64,000 nt of DNA from Dimorphilus gyrociliatus. Lineage: Eukaryota; Animalia; Annelida. The DNA is taken from positions 1,565,700-1,629,699 of the forward strand of contig CAJFCJ010000019.1 in NCBI GenBank assembly GCA_904063045.1, in the 5' to 3' direction. This document shows, one piece after another, positions 25,940 through 39,437 of this stretch (the first letter of the stretch is position 1; each line of letters begins with the position of its first letter). Position numbers and translations under genes: made by a program. Under the pieces are notes generated by a model, which did not search any database, was not told where the DNA came from, and saw only the letters and a list, made by a program, of their open reading frames with translations.

Positions 25940-28900
25940 TTGTAGAGAAACAACTCTAAATTTTCATCTGGTTATTTTTTGCAGTGCAGTGTGGTGCAGT
26001 GCAGAGCTATATTAGATAAATTATTCCTTCAAAATTATACATAAACATAAAAAATTTCACTGCAAAATTAATATAATTAAGGTATAATTTATTTAATGAA
26101 ATCTTGTTCAAAATGTAAATAATATTTTTATTCAAGTGAAGTAGTTTTTTTTGTTTAAGTTTTGTTTTTGTAAAAAAAAAAATGAATCAATTAAACCAGA
26201 GATTATCAATAATTAAGTAATTAATTAATAAGGATAAAATAAAAAACTCGACAGATTTTCTTAATAGAAAAGATATTTGCTTCATTATATTTAGATAATA
26301 GCATAGTAGGATTCCTTATTTATCATATAATATATACAGTATATAAATATATATACTATGTTTCTATATATAGGAGCAGAATATCTCTATAGAAGTTTGT
26401 ACACCTATACATAAATATACTAATTGATTCATATGGGTTTTTTCCTTATTTCTTAATAAACTAATAGAAACATAGAAGTAATAGGTTTTGTAATTCAAAA
26501 AAGTGCAGAACAATATTAATGTAATGAATTATTAAATATGTTTATAGGCCAATATAGCAATTCGGTAAATTTTAAATATTTAATGAATGTCTTATTTAAC
26601 GTGAATAATTTAAAGATCACGGAATAATTTAATATAAATTACTTTTTCTTTCTTTCACCTTCCTTCTTATAATTTAATTTCTTTTTTACTGGATTGTTTA
26701 CCCAAGAGATTCTCCAATCAATAATATTGTTTATTCCTATCCGAATCTTAATTATCTATCTTGATACGAACCGTATTGAGGAATAATCTATGTTGTTTGT
26801 TTTCATTTTTCTTCCCGTTTTGTTTCTTACCCGAAAATAATTTCCTCTCCTTCATTCTCTAAAAGAGATAATTATTCTCCCTTTTCCCTTTTATCTACAG
26901 TCCTTCCTCTCCCTTCCCATTTAAAATTAACATTTGATAATGATAATGCATTACCCTTGTAGATCTACATTTAGTTGTACATTATTATATTACTAAGAAA
27001 TGAACTGAAGATAAATAGATATTTACGTTTATAATAAAAAGAAAATACACCATATACGGTATATTTTTGTTTTACACCACGTTTCGAAATGATAAAATTG
27101 CCTCTATTTGTCTCTTAAACGATCCAATATTCTTCCGGGAAGGATGGGGTGTGAACACTCGAAATTGGAACTAATAGCATTAGGATTGTAACTCTTGCAA
27201 CATCACGATATGAGAATATCTGGCGAGCAACTTTTACAACTATTTGGCCTATATCTATTTAAATATAATATAAAATATTTATGATACTATGCGTATTATT
27301 GTATATATAGTATTTAAATAAGAAGAATCTAAACATTTATAGTTTATATTACGTAATTAAATGAAGAAACGATGATCATCAAGAAGACATAATTGCAATA
27401 AATTTTAATAGATAACTCATAATTAACGTTTCTTTAAAATAAAGGAAGGAGAAAAGAGAACAAAGGATAATTCAGCCAATGTTATTCAATTAATTCTCCC
27501 TTTATTATTAAGCTTAAGATCATCTAACCTTCTCTTTTTCTCCCCCCGCCCCTCTCTCTCTCTCTCTCTCCTTCTCCATCTATCTATATATTTGTATATA
27601 TATATTTATCATATAAAACATTATCTTGTAAAAAAAACTAATAATCTTATATGAATCAACAAGGTAAAAAAAATCCGATTTGCGCAGCTGTCGAAAAGGT
27701 TCAAAGCAGATGGTTAAGTCATCCATGAAATATATTTATTATAATTCTCTTTCTTTTCTTCCTAGTTTTTATTTCTCATTCTCTCCCTTCCTCTTTCACT
27801 CGCTCACACTTTCTTCTTCTTCTTAAATTCTATATTTTTATCCAATATCTCTCCAACATTTTTTTCCTATTGATGAAACTGTTATATAATTTAAATATTA
27901 CAACTACCGGTTGCCTAATTAGCTTTCCTGTTTATTTGTTTATTTTTTAATTATTTGCAAACTACAAAGAAACAATGAAGGAACTAAAATTGATGAAATG
28001 TTTGTATTTTTAAATAGAATATTAAATATAATAAGGTTTGTGGAAGAGTAAACGTGATGTTGATTTAATGGGAATCGAAAAAAGAAGGATCAATCAAGAC
28101 TATGTACGCATTTTATCAAAAAAAGATCCCCTTTTATTTCCATATAAATTATATCATCAGTGAAAACTATTATTATAGAAGAAGAAGAGGAAGAAGACGA
28201 AAAGTATATCATAAATTTTTCCGTAAAATCTTCATGTATTTTACTGCTCTTCTCTCAAAATTGTACAAAAAAGATAAAGATAAAAAGAGAGCGAAGAGAA
28301 AGAGAAGAAAAATAATTGATTAATTAATAAAAAAAAGTGAAAAGAAATGAAGAGAGAGAGAGGGGAAAGAAGAAGAGAAGGTATAGGTAGGAAAAATAAC
28401 CGAATTTTCATATTGTCAGTACAAAAGTAGCATAGAGGATATTTAGAGTCCAACCGAATGCATTTTCACTCGTAATCCATACGTTTCTAGTGCAAATCAT
28501 TATTTACAATATTGTACCTTTTGTTCATTGCCGTATTTTTTGCGGTTCGTATGAGGGATGCAAACACTATACTCTATATTTGTATACATGTATCTTTTGC
28601 TGTGTATGTAAACGTATTTGTTATTTATTATATAGCGAATATTAGTCGAGATTTACCATTATGTTTTCTGAAATAAGCAAATAAAAAAAGAGAATATTTA
28701 ATCACTTTCTTACCTTGGCCTTACCACAGAAAGAAGAATCAAATAGTTGATGAACGATTATCCGTAAAACGATGGAGAATCGAAGGAAATCGTTGAAGTT
28801 TTTAACAACTCATACGAAATGGCACATGTTAGAGAACAGATTGTATATAGATATTGACACTGTTCACTTTCAAGTGCCAATTAGCAGGAGTTATATGCTT

Positions 28901-29850
28901 ATTATAGATGAGTCCATAGAAGAAAATGAACGGGTTTTCGATGCAGTTGAATAACTCTGTATATACGAAAAACTTTATTATAAATTATAAATAAGAACGG
29001 GAAACAACGGGATTTTGGGACAAAGGATGAAAATGTGACCGTAATAGCTATATATGAGAAAGCACCTAGTCAGTACAAAACATTCCCGTTAATATAAGTA
29101 CGTACCAGTACAATGTTTATCATTGTTACCATGGTAGCCTAATTATACTAGCGTCGACGCACCCGGTAGGCATATGCAAATTCCTTAGCGACAGCATAAC
29201 CCATAAACTATCTAACGCTTTATTTGTTTACTTTTATATGTTTATAAATAGTCATAAGGTTTAGTATTTCATTTCTCAAATAAGAAACATTTTAATGGAA
29301 TACCGGTCTACATATATAAATATATATATACTCTATATATGCATATATTTATTTATATAATTCTTTATGTATTTATTTAATTCAACACACACACTGGGAA
29401 AATAATGGAGGAGCTATTTAACAATTGTTTCCAGTTCCATTTCGATTTTTTTTTCTTTTTGTATTAAACTTTTTGCCCACATAACTAAAGGCAGCATATG
29501 GTCAGCTTATCCCCATATTAACACTTATATTTAGATTACGAGTAATCTTTTTTTTGTTAGAATTCCAAAAAAAATAAAAAAGTATATTTTTGTTTTTTTT
29601 AAAAAAAATAATTCATTTTTGTATTTTATTCTTTTTGTGGGTTTTTTTAGTTAAAGTAAAACTAATTATAGAATATATATTAATCTATAATTTATATTTA
29701 ATTATATACAGAATATCGTATACAGTATAAAAGAAGAATATATAAGATTGCAAAGAATAGGTGGATTAAGTGTAGAAGAGTTGAAGGAAAGAAAGTGGTT
29801 GATTGATAAAAAAAAAGAAAAGAAACATAAGGAAAAAGAGAAAGAAAGAC

Positions 29851-29854
<4 letters not shown>

Positions 29855-29889
<35 letters not shown>
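29855..29889. repeat. (AG)n microsatellite
   Basis: About 17 AG units. Confidence 0.9.
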
Positions 29890-29893
<4 letters not shown>

Positions 29894-30591
29894 AAAGTTA
29901 TTCATTTCTGTGCATATGTGCCGAAATGAGTTAAAACATTTTACATTTGAATTGGTATACATTATACTTTTCCATTTACAATTTGTACATTTGTTTCCTT
30001 TATTTATCAAAGATTTCCCAAGTAGATTACACTATATAACTATAAGTTACAGCTAATATATATAAACATTAAAAACTTACTTACTTTTCATGCAATTGGA
30101 AAGATAAAAAATGTTTCTATTTTTCTTTTCTTCCAAAAACTCAATATTTCAACCATTACTCTTTCATTAGCTTTATTATAGCTTTATTATAATCGTTGAA
30201 AAGTCTGTACGAGATGTGAAGGAGCAGATGTTCATAAACAAACTGCACTATCTAACTTTTTAATTTATGCTATTTTTATTATAGAACGCATGCGCATTTA
30301 CATCATCCCAGTTCGGCTTATTTGCATATATTGGTAATTTATTATTAATGAAATTAGACTGGACCATTGAGACAATAAATTTTATTTTGTTTTCATGTTC
30401 TATTTTATCTGTATTTTGCTTATTTTGTAATCATTTCAATACTATAATTCAAGTATTATGAATATAATGAATAGTCAAAATTTCATTATATTTCCTTAAA
30501 CGTTATGTAATATAGATTTATTCAATTTTACAGTAGATTGCAGTATTTTTCATTAGAGAAAATAGTCTTTTCCTTTTTTGGAAAAAATGAT

Positions 30592-30616
30592 TGTGTGTGT
30601 GTGTGTGTGTGTGTGT
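30592..30616. repeat. (TG)n microsatellite
   Basis: Uninterrupted TG run. Confidence 0.9.
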
Positions 30617-32160
30617 ATGCGTGCGCTTGAGCGAGAGAGAGAAAGAGAAGGATATTAAGGAAAATGGAAAGATCCGTAATCTTTGCTTATATTGTCTATA
30701 ATGGTAACTCTTAAATAATTCTTGAAATGAATCTCTTTATATACTCTAATAATAACGTTGATATTTTTTACGGCATGGAAACGCCATTTAAGACAATACA
30801 GACTCAGCGGTGCGCTACGACAGGTGCATAGTTCATCATCAACTGCGTGACTGCTGAATTATTTACTTAATTATCGTTAGCTTCATCCTTCAAAATCGAT
30901 TGTAATTTAAACACCAACACCGCTAAGGGTAGACCGTTTCATATACATCCGCAAGCTCATTTCCTAAATGGTTAAGTAAACAGATAAAATGATGGCCCAA
31001 ACAATAACCTCATTTTTTCATTTTTCCCCACTTTCCATTTCCCTCATCTTTTTTTTTTTACATAGAGCCATAAACTTTAGCAAATAGAGAAAGATCGTCG
31101 ACCCTTTTCCTCAATTCATAATTACTCCTTCCTCTTCCTCCTCCACCTCTCCCCCGTTCTGCTTTTCCAAAGTATAAATCGTTGTCAAATCAATTATTAA
31201 CCTTTAATTTTCTCTCCATCTCTTCCTATTTAGAAAATAAAATAATTGAATAGAAAGAATTTTTACATTTCGTTTATTTCGTTTTATTTCGTTTAATCGA
31301 AAAATGACGAAATCGATAAGATCGATTGATAATTTGATGACAATCCCTACTGCGTGCAACTAAGTTTTGATTATTTAATCGTTTTTATACGTGCATAGTC
31401 AATCATCGGTTCAGCTTTGACGAAACAAAACGAGAAAGTAAAAGCGTTGAAGTATTCATGGAATTGTTTCACCCTCAAAGTAGAATGTATAAATATTTTA
31501 ACGTTTCCCTTGCATATATTTTTACCAATTTTTTTGTCTTTATTATATAAATTATATAAATATATTTTTCATATAATGAAAATAAGTTGTAAATTGCATA
31601 ACTTTATAAATATGCATGTATTTTATAACGATAAACAATTGTTTGTTTTTTCTAGTCTTTGTTCTAGTTGTATAGTATGTTTTGCTAAAGAAAAATATAA
31701 TATGATTAGAAAATAAAATCAAGATTTAAACTTGTTAAGAATAATTAAATGATCTTTATCCATTTATATATGATGAAAACTCCTTAGTGAAATTGATCCC
31801 TTATATCATCCATTTATCCAACAGCATTCTAACAACTACGACACTTTTTATCGTCCCAGATTAAATTTTTTGATGGTTGATTAATCAGTTAATTTAAGTG
31901 AAATCTCTGTAATTAACCCCATATTCAATATTCTTTTATAGTTTATCATTACAAGGCAAAGGAAATCAGTTGAAATTTCAATAGTTTTGTCTTTTCATTA
32001 ACCTTCTTAAGAGGCTGTTGCTAATCAACTTTTTCTTGTCTCTCCAATAAACAACATAACATAACACAACAATTGTTTATGGAACAAATTTATTTTGGAA
32101 CAAATCAGCAACGCCATCTACCGATTATAGAACACTGACGTATATAGTATAGTTTTTAGT

Positions 32161-33693
32161 TTAAGCTTTGCTTACAACGACAGGATTAGACATTCGAAAT
32201 ATACTCTCTAATAAATTTGATATATCGGAAAACATATTTTGAGAAATTCCATTTGGAACTAGAAATGTCACTGTTCTTGATTGTTTGGCACTCCAAGTGC
32301 TCAATTCCATAAGAAAACCCTTAATGCATTTAAAAACTAGCTCTGATCTTTTCATACACCAAGAAATCGTCATTTGCTCGGTAACATCTTGAACCAGTAA
32401 AAGCGGAAGAGTTAGAGAAGTTATGTCGTGTTGAAAGCAAGTTCTAATTATATTACGGTAGCCTAACAATACAGGGTGCCTTGAGGAAACATCACCCGTT
32501 TTCAAAGTGTCCATATCTGTCACGAGATGAAAGACTACCTGCACATTAGAAAGGTTCGAATGTCTTGTTACGTAGCAATCACCAGGTTGAAGTTTTTTAC
32601 CATTTAAAATTGTCTTTATATCCTCTAATTGTTTATCGAAATCGTTCCAATGAAATTCTGTCGAATCCTGACAAATCATTTTAAAATCCTGCTTTATTCC
32701 GAAATAGGAATTAAGTCTATCGTCAACAATTAAAACCATGGCAGAAATGGCATTAGAGTATAATGACATAGAGTTTTGTAATCTTATTGGCGAAGCGGCG
32801 AAATGTCCATGATTTGAATATTTGCACAAATCTAATATGTTAGATCTCACTAATCTAAGATTATGCGTTGTTTTAAGTTGAGCACCAAGATGAATGGTAA
32901 AGCTTTCTTCAAGCCTATTTTCATTAGCAATCGAGTTATCTTGTCCATAAATACTTTGAGAGCTTAACATGTTTTCGTCTAGCAAATGGGATAAATCATT
33001 ACCTGTTTTCAAATCTTGATGCACTTCTAAAAGCCACTCCCTATATTCCCTTCTCTGCTTATCGTAGAGAGCAGTTAATTCACTTTCCCATTTAGATTCC
33101 AACATCTGAATTTTTTCAAATTGCTGATGTGTTATACGATTTATTTCTTCATCTGTATATCTCGATCCCATTGTTGCTAATTTATCCATTGCCGCACTTT
33201 GCCTATTCCTCATATCATTTAATTCTACATTTCTTCTACTTATTAAATCATCTACGGCTCGGGCGTATGAATTTTCCAATTTTAGAATTGTTGTTTGCAA
33301 TTGAGAATGTATTAATTGATTATAAATTTCAGAGAATACCAATTCATTTGATATTTCCTCAGGTTTCGAATGTTCTTTTGTCTCTTCGGAGAAACTTTGA
33401 CACCATTCCGAAATTAATCTTTGTTCAGTACTATCATCTAGAGTATTTGTTACAGATTCTGAATATTCATCACTTATCTTTTCTTTACTCTTTTCAACGA
33501 AAATAATTAAATCTTTCTTTAATTCATCTTCTAGAAAGCATGGAAAATTCTGCTGTGACATAAGTCTATGACAACATTCGGTTATGGTCTCTTGCAGAGG
33601 AAGATTAATTTTTCCAGAAATAGTTTGTTTCTTCTCCTTCGCTCCATAAGAAAATTGAAAAGTTTTTTCCAACCTCTCTCCTAATCCTTCCAT
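32161..33693 (-). CDS. C12orf4: C12orf4 / FERRY complex subunit 3, intronless CDS, 510 aa
   Basis: LEESFTIHLGAQLKTTHNLRL, RLQNSMSLYSNAISAMVLIVD, YVTRHSNLSNVQVVFHLV, SRHPVLLGYRNIIRTC, WCMKRSELVFKCIKGFLME. Confidence 0.93.
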   Translation of the reverse strand: MEGLGERLEKTFQFSYGAKEKKQTISGKINLPLQETITECCHRLMSQQNFPCFLEDELKKDLIIFVEKSKEKISDEYSESVTNTLDDSTEQRLISEWCQSFSEETKEHSKPEEISNELVFSEIYNQLIHSQLQTTILKLENSYARAVDDLISRRNVELNDMRNRQSAAMDKLATMGSRYTDEEINRITHQQFEKIQMLESKWESELTALYDKQRREYREWLLEVHQDLKTGNDLSHLLDENMLSSQSIYGQDNSIANENRLEESFTIHLGAQLKTTHNLRLVRSNILDLCKYSNHGHFAASPIRLQNSMSLYSNAISAMVLIVDDRLNSYFGIKQDFKMICQDSTEFHWNDFDKQLEDIKTILNGKKLQPGDCYVTRHSNLSNVQVVFHLVTDMDTLKTGDVSSRHPVLLGYRNIIRTCFQHDITSLTLPLLLVQDVTEQMTISWCMKRSELVFKCIKGFLMELSTWSAKQSRTVTFLVPNGISQNMFSDISNLLESIFRMSNPVVVSKA

Positions 33694-34069
33694 TTTTATT
33701 CTATCTGTTCAATAAATTTTTCATGTTAGACTTTCACCTTTCTAAAGAAAAGAAGCTTAAAAGTAAACAGTCACTAATATATTTATATATATATATATAA
33801 TATCAATTTTAATGACATTCCATAACAGGAAAAAAACATGATGTTTCTTGTTTGAATAGATCAACCAGAAGAAAATGAAAAACCCTACTTAAAAGTCAAA
33901 TGATGATATTTCTAGAGTTTAATCCAAAACTCACTTATTTTCAAATGGAAAATAACATTTACTATTCATACACAATATACAAATTAATCTATGTATGTTG
34001 TTCACTTTCAATGAATCCTTTAAAACTAAGCTTTCAATTTGTAATCGCAATTCTAACACCCATTTTCGC

Positions 34070-34340
34070 GCGCATGCGTAAAAGAAGTTGTTTTGAAACA
34101 GAGATCCATACTAAATTTAAATAAAAACTTGCAGACGACGCTTTTAAAAAGTGCTTGTGTAAAATAACGAAATAAGTACCATCTACTCATTTTTTATCAA
34201 TTAACAGTAACTTGTTACTTAATAAATATATTTGCGTGATTTTATAAGTAATTCTCCAAAATTTTACGAAAACGTTGGCATTACTCGAAGAGTGATAAAT
34301 AATAGAAAGCGCGTTTTGTTACTACCTGTGCGCATGCGCG
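34070..34340. promoter_or_regulatory. Bidirectional promoter C12orf4/TAF10 with two NRF1-type GCGCATGCG motifs
   Basis: GCGCATGCGT at 34070-34079 and TGCGCATGCGCG at 34329-34340, between divergent ATGs 33693 and 34407. Confidence 0.55.
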
Positions 34341-34406
34341 TTACAAAATATATTCGTTGTCTTTTTAGTTCGCTGTCCACTACAGGAAAAAGCATTTTTG
34401 AAGAGA

Positions 34407-35144
34407 ATGGCCGAGCAAGGTTGTCACCAATTTCACTATTACTACCTCAATATACACTAAAAGCTAATATTTAACATTGCGTTTTTACATTTTATTCTTC
34501 CTTATAAAAAATATGCAATATACCTAGTATAATCCAATGAAAAAAAAACAATGCTCGTTTATTGAACGTACCTTTCCGTATTTATAATAAGCTTCATATA
34601 TCTTTCTACATTCATAGATCAAACTCCTAAAAATGAAACTCCTCGAAAGCCTGATCCAATGGACGATGTAAATGATATATCTCTTGATGATTTGCCCAGA
34701 GTTACCGGAACCCCTTTGAGCCAATTCGCTGCTGAGTTGGAGGACTTTAAACCAACAGTAATGTTTGATATAATTACAAGTAATGAATTGTGATATTAAG
34801 AATAAGGTTAATTCAGATACCCGACGCTGTTACAAATTTCTATTTAAATAGAGCTGGTGTTAGTATAAATGATCCTAGAATGTAAGTAAAATATACTTGT
34901 ATACACACGTAATATTTACATATTTTCATTTTATATTAACAGATTACGATTAGTATCTTTGGCTAGTCAAAAGTTTATAACAGACGTTTGCAACGATGCC
35001 TTACAAAATTGTAAGGTTCGAATTGGCAGTTCAAGTTCAAAGCATAAAACGAAGGAGAAACGGTTCACCCTAACTTTAGAAGATCTCTCTCCAGCATTAT
35101 CCGAAAATGGAATTACCATTAAGAAACCTCCATACTATACATAA
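34407..35144 (+). CDS. TAF10: TFIID subunit 10, 4 exons
   Basis: MAEQ|D..GTPLSQFAAELEDFKPT|IPDAVTNFYLNRAGVSINDPRI|LRLVSLASQKFITDVCNDALQNCKVR..FTLTLEDLSPALSENGITIKKPPYYT*. Confidence 0.95.
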
Positions 35145-35721
35145 CTTTTGAAATTTTTCTTTTTTAATGACTCTTTTTCTTTAAAAAAACATTTCTAAGC
35201 TTGTACAGAAGAAAATATATCATCGCTTTGTCATTTTTTAAAAGAATATAAATAATTGTATTTTATTAATGATTTCAGGTGTTTTTTTCACATGATTTCG
35301 CAATAAGCTTACTATTATAAGGATAGCTACTTTGTTTAATTTGATTCTTAAGCATGAGAACAAACTTAATATGTAAATTAATATACTGCGCAAGTGTACT
35401 ACACAATGTGGGAAAAGCACAAGTTCATTGCTATATGTAGGTTTTTTGTAGATTTATTATGATTAATGAGAGGACAATGTTTCTCATAAGTTTATTCCAG
35501 AGGAAGCCAGCCTAAAATGTAAACATAATATACAAACGCCACCTAGTTAGAATCGTCTGCTAGAACTGTAATAACTGAAACGAGTTTGAGTGACTAAGAG
35601 CCAAGATCAAGAAAAATCATCATAATATTATAAAATATAATAGGTATTTCATATATAAACACATATATGCAGTTAATCAATTAATGATTGTTTTATGTTT
35701 ATAGAAAACAGCCAAAAAGTA

Positions 35722-37652
35722 ATGCCCGGAGATAATCACCTTGGACCAGCATGGCCTGAAAACGTTGGAATATTGGCAATAGAAATATATTTCCCGCCTC
35801 ATTACGTTGATCAAAATGAATTAGAACAATTTGATGAAGTCTCTACTGGAAAGTATGTCATTGGACTTGGACAATCAAAAATGGGCTATTGTACTGATAG
35901 GGAAGATGTCAACTCCCTCTGTTTGACTGTTGTTCAAAAACTAATGGAAAAACACAATATCCCATATGGAAGTATTGGCAAACTCGAGGTTCATATAATT
36001 TGATACACACTGAGCAAATTAATTAAACTTCTCATTAACTTATTTTTAAAACCAAATATTATAATATAATACTAGAGGTTCAATTATACAATATTGTGAA
36101 ATGCAAGATGAAGAAATTTCATAGACATTTTTTTAAAATGATTAATACCAGCGTAGGAGTATGTGTAGTTTATTACTTAGAATGAACAAGTGAATATGAA
36201 TAGTAACATTAGGAGTAAACTTTTTATACAAATGCTAGAATGGACTGTCGTAATTTTTCTTTTTTTTATAAGCTATTATGGACATTTTGCGTGTCAGAGT
36301 TTATTTAAAAGTATTGTCTTATAGGTAGGAACAGAGACTTTGCTCGATAAATCAAAGTCTGTTAAAAGCGTTCTCATGCAACTATTTCAAGAATCTGAAA
36401 ATACTGACATTGAAGGAGTTGATACTACTAACGCTTGCTATGGGGGTACAGCAGCTTTATTTAACTGTATCAATTGGTTAGAATCAAGTGCATGTGATGG
36501 TTTGTATTCATATAAACTATTCATCTTAAGTGCTCAATTATTTAAAACATTAAAAAAAAATTTCATTTCTCTAGGTCGATATGCCATGGCCGTTGCTGCA
36601 GATATTGCAGTTTATGCACGAGGGAGTGCCAGATGCACAGGAGGAGCTGGTGCTGTCGCAATGTTGCTGGGACCTAACGCTCCTATAGTCTTTGAAAGAG
36701 GTAAGTTTTTACTTCGATTTCTAATATATATTAATTATTATGTATAAACTTAGGGGTTAGAAGTACCCATATTCAACATTCCTATGACTTTTATAAACCA
36801 AATATGGAATCGGAATATCCAATTGTGGATGGAAAATTAACAATAGAATGCTACTTATCAGCTTTGGATAAGTGCTACTCAAAATATAAGCAAAAATTTT
36901 CTCAAGTATATCCTAATTCTAATGAGTTTTCCATAACGGATAGTGATGCATTTATTTTTCATACGCCATATTGCAAAATTGTTCAAAAATCGTTAGCTAG
37001 GTTAGCCGTTCAGGACTTTATAAATCATTGTGGAAATTGGCCTGAGTTAGAAAAATTCAAAAATATTGACCTCGAAGAGTCGTACTTCAATAAAGATTTA
37101 GAAAAAGCAGCTATGAGTGCTACCAGAGAGCTCTTTGAGGAGAAAACAAAACCTTCATTGACCTTAGCAAAGAATGTCGGAAATATGTATACGCCTTCTG
37201 TTTACGGAGGACTTGTGTCTTATTTACTGTCTAACGATATAGATAAGTTACCAGGAAAGAGGCTTGTTCTATTTTCATATGGATCAGGCTTAGCATCTTC
37301 TATGTTCAGTGTTAAAATTGATAATTCAGTTTCTCAACAACTGAAAAATTTATACAAAGGTATAGCCGATGTCCCGGCTAGATTAGAAAAGAGAATTAAG
37401 GTTTCCCCTTCCGTTTTTGATAAAATTATGAAATTGAGAGAAGAAACTTGCCATAAAGGTATTTGATTTCAACAGTAATAAATAATAAAATAAATCAATT
37501 TTTCTACTGTAGCCCCCTATTTTCCTGTTGGAGAAAAGGATTGCCTTCTCCCAGGGACATTCTACTTAACCAGCGTTGATGATATGTTTAGAAGAAAATA
37601 TGCAAGAATACCCCCAGAATCCCATAACAATTTTAACCACACGTCTAAATAA
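35722..37652 (+). CDS. HMGCS1: Hydroxymethylglutaryl-CoA synthase (cytosolic type), 5 coding exons
   Basis: [23 protein letters not shown] (catalytic Glu), NACYGGTAA (catalytic Cys), FHTPY (His), [17 protein letters not shown]. Last exon [19 protein letters not shown]. Stop at 37650-37652. Confidence 0.96.
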
Positions 37653-37832
37653 GTTATTTAATGAATATTTTTTGTGCTAATAGACCTCACCCATGTGCTT
37701 TCAAGATAAGACAATAATATGTAAAGAAAGAAGAAGAGATATTATATTAAAATATGCCACTTAAATTTCTTAAATAAATAAGAAAATTTGCAATAAAATA
37801 ATGACTACTAAGATATTACACATTACTAATCA

Positions 37833-39276
37833 TTACAACATTTTTTTCGCTTCCATAACAATAGCAACATTTCTTGGTGAGATTTTGTCATCAAATACAT
37901 TAAGCAGATTTACATCGTAAGAGCCGTTTTCCTTCAAAAAGTACACTCTGTCAATTAGTATTAATGTTTCTATCACACTTTGCAACATAACTTGTAGACA
38001 AGTTATAGGTTCTATCATATTTTCTGCTTCTTCACATTCGCGATACAATTGAGTAATTTCCTCTTTCCAGAGAGAACTGAATTCTGTTCTGTTTATCACA
38101 TCATCTATATAGTGAGCAAACGAAAGACGCTCTTCTCGTCGCACAAGTCTCCTTTTCGTCTTTTTTAATGTTTCCATACCTTTTTTACAATGGATTATAG
38201 AATATTATATTTGGGTTTTTATATTAAAGCTATTCACCTTTATTTTTCAAAAAAAGTTCCAAAACTGCTCTATACAAGACATTGCGTACATGCGTTTCGT
38301 GATCGTTTTCTGTTTGATTTAACCATCTAATTCTTGTTTCTTGAGCTCCTAACCGTAACCCGTATAGAGATAGAGGACCTTTGAAGATGCTCGTTAATTT
38401 GGATGACATAGGCCACTTTGACATGCGATGATAGCAGCACGATACTAAGCAGACGAGAGAAACATTAATTTGACTACAAAGCCTCAGTATATTTACAGTC
38501 AAATCTCCACAACAATGAAGACCGATTACACAAGTATTATTCGAATTATTTTCTTCTATTATATTTTTCAATTTTTCCCGTACCAGTTGGCTATCATCAA
38601 TCCTAAGTGTATAGACTTTAATCTTTGATGATTCCAGCTTTTTTGCTGCTTTTTCTGCATGTGATTCATTACCCTCAAGAGTAACTACTGGGATATTATA
38701 AACTTTTGATAACAATTCACTGACATATCCTAAACCTGCTCCTATATCAATAACCAAATCGCAATCATTCTTATTATAAAGAGACGAAACAACCGTTGCC
38801 ATATTTGATATTTCGTGTAATTTCTTAGCAGATATATTGCGTCTCATTTCTAAAGGAATTTCAGTGGACTCTGTTATTTCTTGCGACCGATTTAAGCTCA
38901 TTTGTTCACAACTTTGAATAAAATGCTTCAAAGAATTTGGAAAGTGATCCGGAAACTCCTTATAAGCAAAAGTAACTTAGATGAGAATATTCAAAGTGCT
39001 TATAAATAAAAAATAACAAACTTTTAAAAAAGGTAGTTCATTTAACTCTTTAAGTGTCATATTTCTGAAAACATCTCCCCACTAAGGTAATGTAAAAGAT
39101 TACATAAATATATTTCGTATGTAAAGTAGGCCTACCTCTTTGTTCATATTAACATAAGGCTTATTAATGAAAAAATCTGTAACTTTATAATCATAAATCC
39201 AACGATATTCTTCTAATAGGGCATTCACTTTTCTTATGTAATCATCATTATATATATGTAAAATATTATCGCTCAT
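37833..39276 (-). CDS. METTL25/RRNAD1-family SAM-dependent methyltransferase, multi-exon
   Basis: ATG 39276 (MSDNILHIY..EYRWIYDYKVTDFF). Motifs KKLHEI, VIDIGAGLGYVS, IGLHCCGDL, SCCYH, ETLILIDRVYFL and FDDKISPRN. Exact paralog (METTL25 vs METTL25B) not resolved. Confidence 0.85.
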
Positions 39277-39437
39277 TATTTCCCACTATTAATCTCTTTA
39301 GGTCGTTCAAAACTATCGACTAGTTTCGAATGCCTATAGTAAATGAATCCGAACAAGAACACTGTGGCACTACTTGTAAGAAAAATACTAGGTGCGTAGA
39401 TTCGAAAGAGAGGATTTCTTATATTCCAGTTCCACAT
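39276..39437 (-). CDS. Candidate 53-aa single-TM microprotein; stop overlaps the methyltransferase ATG (TAATG)
   Basis: MWNWNIRNPLFRIYAPSIFLTSSATVFLFGFIYYRHSKLVDSFERPKEINSGK*. TAA occupies 39278-39276 and ATG occupies 39276-39274. The ORF-track start at 39563 is a TTG. Confidence 0.4.
   Translation of the reverse strand: MWNWNIRNPLFRIYAPSIFLTSSATVFLFGFIYYRHSKLVDSFERPKEINSGK

Noticed and set aside
26952-26972. TACCCTTGTAGATC.. resembling miR-10
   Set aside because: An insertion falls in the seed, the 3' half mismatches, and the only pairing is a short local palindrome rather than a ~60-nt pre-miRNA hairpin.
28102-31716. ORFs 28102-28323, 28241-28453, 28772-28954, 29702-30010 and 31417-31716
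   Set aside because: Mostly built from purine/pyrimidine tracts and microsatellites, or lacking flanking exons in phase; no homology signal.
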